Assembly: GCA_049997815.1 (NCBI GenBank)
Contig: JBEKVQ010000002.1
Coordinates: 10,483-74,482, forward strand
Direction: 5' to 3'
Length of the DNA: 64,000 bases
Source of the DNA: Minisyncoccia bacterium
GTDB taxonomy: Bacteria; Patescibacteriota; Minisyncoccia; UBA6257; GWB1-50-10
The notes beneath the pieces were generated by a model that was not told the origin of the DNA, searched no databases, and saw only the letters and a program-made list of their open reading frames with translations. Within the stretch, counting starts at the first letter, position 1. The number at the start of each line of letters is the position of its first letter. The translations under genes and the position numbers were made by a program. Below, piece by piece: positions 63,295-64,000 of the stretch.

Positions 63295-64000
63295 TTGGCG
63301 TTCGGTCTCCTCGCCTGGACCGGTTTCTCTTTCTGGCCGGTGCTGATATTTATTGTGGCGACTTCGGCTGTCTACTTTTCGGAGTCGCCGGAGAGAAAAG
63401 CTCTGCGTTCCTCCTTTTGGCTTCTCGCTGTTTTCGGATTATTGGGAGCGGCCATCCCGCTCGGTTTTTCCGGTGCGCCGTTTCATGGATTGATATCGGT
63501 TTTTATGATGGTCGTCTTCGGCATTCTCGCCTTCGGATGGCTTGGCTTGGTGAGCTCGTCATTCAACGACCGGCTTCTGGTCCACAACCTCCTGAACGCG
63601 GCCCTGGCGGCATTCTTCTTCGTCTTGGCGTTCTATCTCACGCCGAGCCTTGAAAGTGAGAGTGCCTTCGCCCTTATCGCATGGTTTTTGGCCGTTTTCC
63701 TGGGCACGCTTCTTCTTCTCACCGAGTCGCTGTCCTTTGAAGTTTCTCTTCGGGGTCGGGGGTTAAAACTGACCACTTGGTCCTTTGCCCTGATATTGGC
63801 GGAGGTATCGGTTTTAGCCTCCTTTTTACCCGCCGGTTTCCTTGATGCCGCCGCCTTTCTTACCCTCTTCTACATACTCGGTCGGGATGCGATTTTGAGC
63901 CATTTTAGGGGTTTTTTGAGCTTCTCCCTGATCTTCACCGAGCTCACCATCTTTGCCGTGGTTTTGGGTCTGATATTCGCCACCGTAACCTGGGTGTTGC
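63295..64000 (+). CDS. polytopic membrane protein, 3'-truncated by the window end
   Basis: Hand translation of frame +1 from about 63295 is open to the window end and strongly hydrophobic. The start codon was not resolved (TTG/GTG candidates). Confidence 0.3.
   Translation, partial: MAFGLLAWTGFSFWPVLIFIVATSAVYFSESPERKALRSSFWLLAVFGLLGAAIPLGFSGAPFHGLISVFMMVVFGILAFGWLGLVSSSFNDRLLVHNLLNAALAAFFFVLAFYLTPSLESESAFALIAWFLAVFLGTLLLLTESLSFEVSLRGRGLKLTTWSFALILAEVSVLASFLPAGFLDAAAFLTLFYILGRDAILSHFRGFLSFSLIFTELTIFAVVLGLIFATVTWVL

Overview
This 64 kb window looks like part of a small, streamlined bacterial genome at roughly 50% GC. Several traits point to an uncultivated CPR/Patescibacteria-like organism, though this is inference only: many small hypothetical membrane proteins, a type IV pilin with an extra lectin-like domain, tRNA genes without an encoded CCA, and a group I intron inside a tRNA. 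No taxon can be proven without a database.

Housekeeping blocks are clear from the translations:
- ABC exporter pair, bcp and a cupredoxin
- murI plus a zincin-like gene plus murB
- two Hsp100/Clp ATPases, one canonical clpB and one membrane-anchored paralogue with a degenerate D1 domain
- rplT-rpmI-infC with a leader hairpin
- smpB-ssrA
- argS, ileS, trpS
- RNase J and RNase Y
- gpmI, hup
- an ECF sigma factor with a putative anti-sigma partner
- Zn/Mn-type ABC importer ATPase and permease
- htrA, iscS/nifS-like, mgtC, dcd-like, PduO-type adenosyltransferase, two Nudix genes

RNA genes found by eye:
- tmRNA, minus strand, 16373-16683, with predicted tag A-NKTVAPAFAFA
- tRNA-Leu(CAG), tRNA-Gly(UCC), tRNA-Pro(UGG), tRNA-Arg(UCU), tRNA-His(GUG, with encoded G-1)
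- tRNA-Phe(GAA) split by a 222-nt group I intron, next to a free-standing HNH endonuclease

Most interesting observations:
1. A roughly 6.5 kb accessory array (about 44.9-51.3 kb) of small unrelated genes in mixed orientation. It is punctuated by seven same-strand copies of a conserved 27-nt core (up to about 120 bp including flanks), core GTTCTAACGTCCYCYACTACGCGACC. Some copies are followed by structurally conserved hairpin terminators, and two carry nested palindromic insertions.
2. ileS carries a complete histidine-phosphatase (PGAM-like, RHG...SHE) domain inserted in the CP/zinc-knuckle region.
3. Two short elements built from direct plus inverted copies of the 3' ends of ssrA and of tRNA-Pro lie immediately downstream of those genes.
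4. An AT-rich islet at the window start holds a nuclease-like gene interrupted by one in-frame TAG.

All calls come from reading the sequence and the ORF translations. No searches were run.
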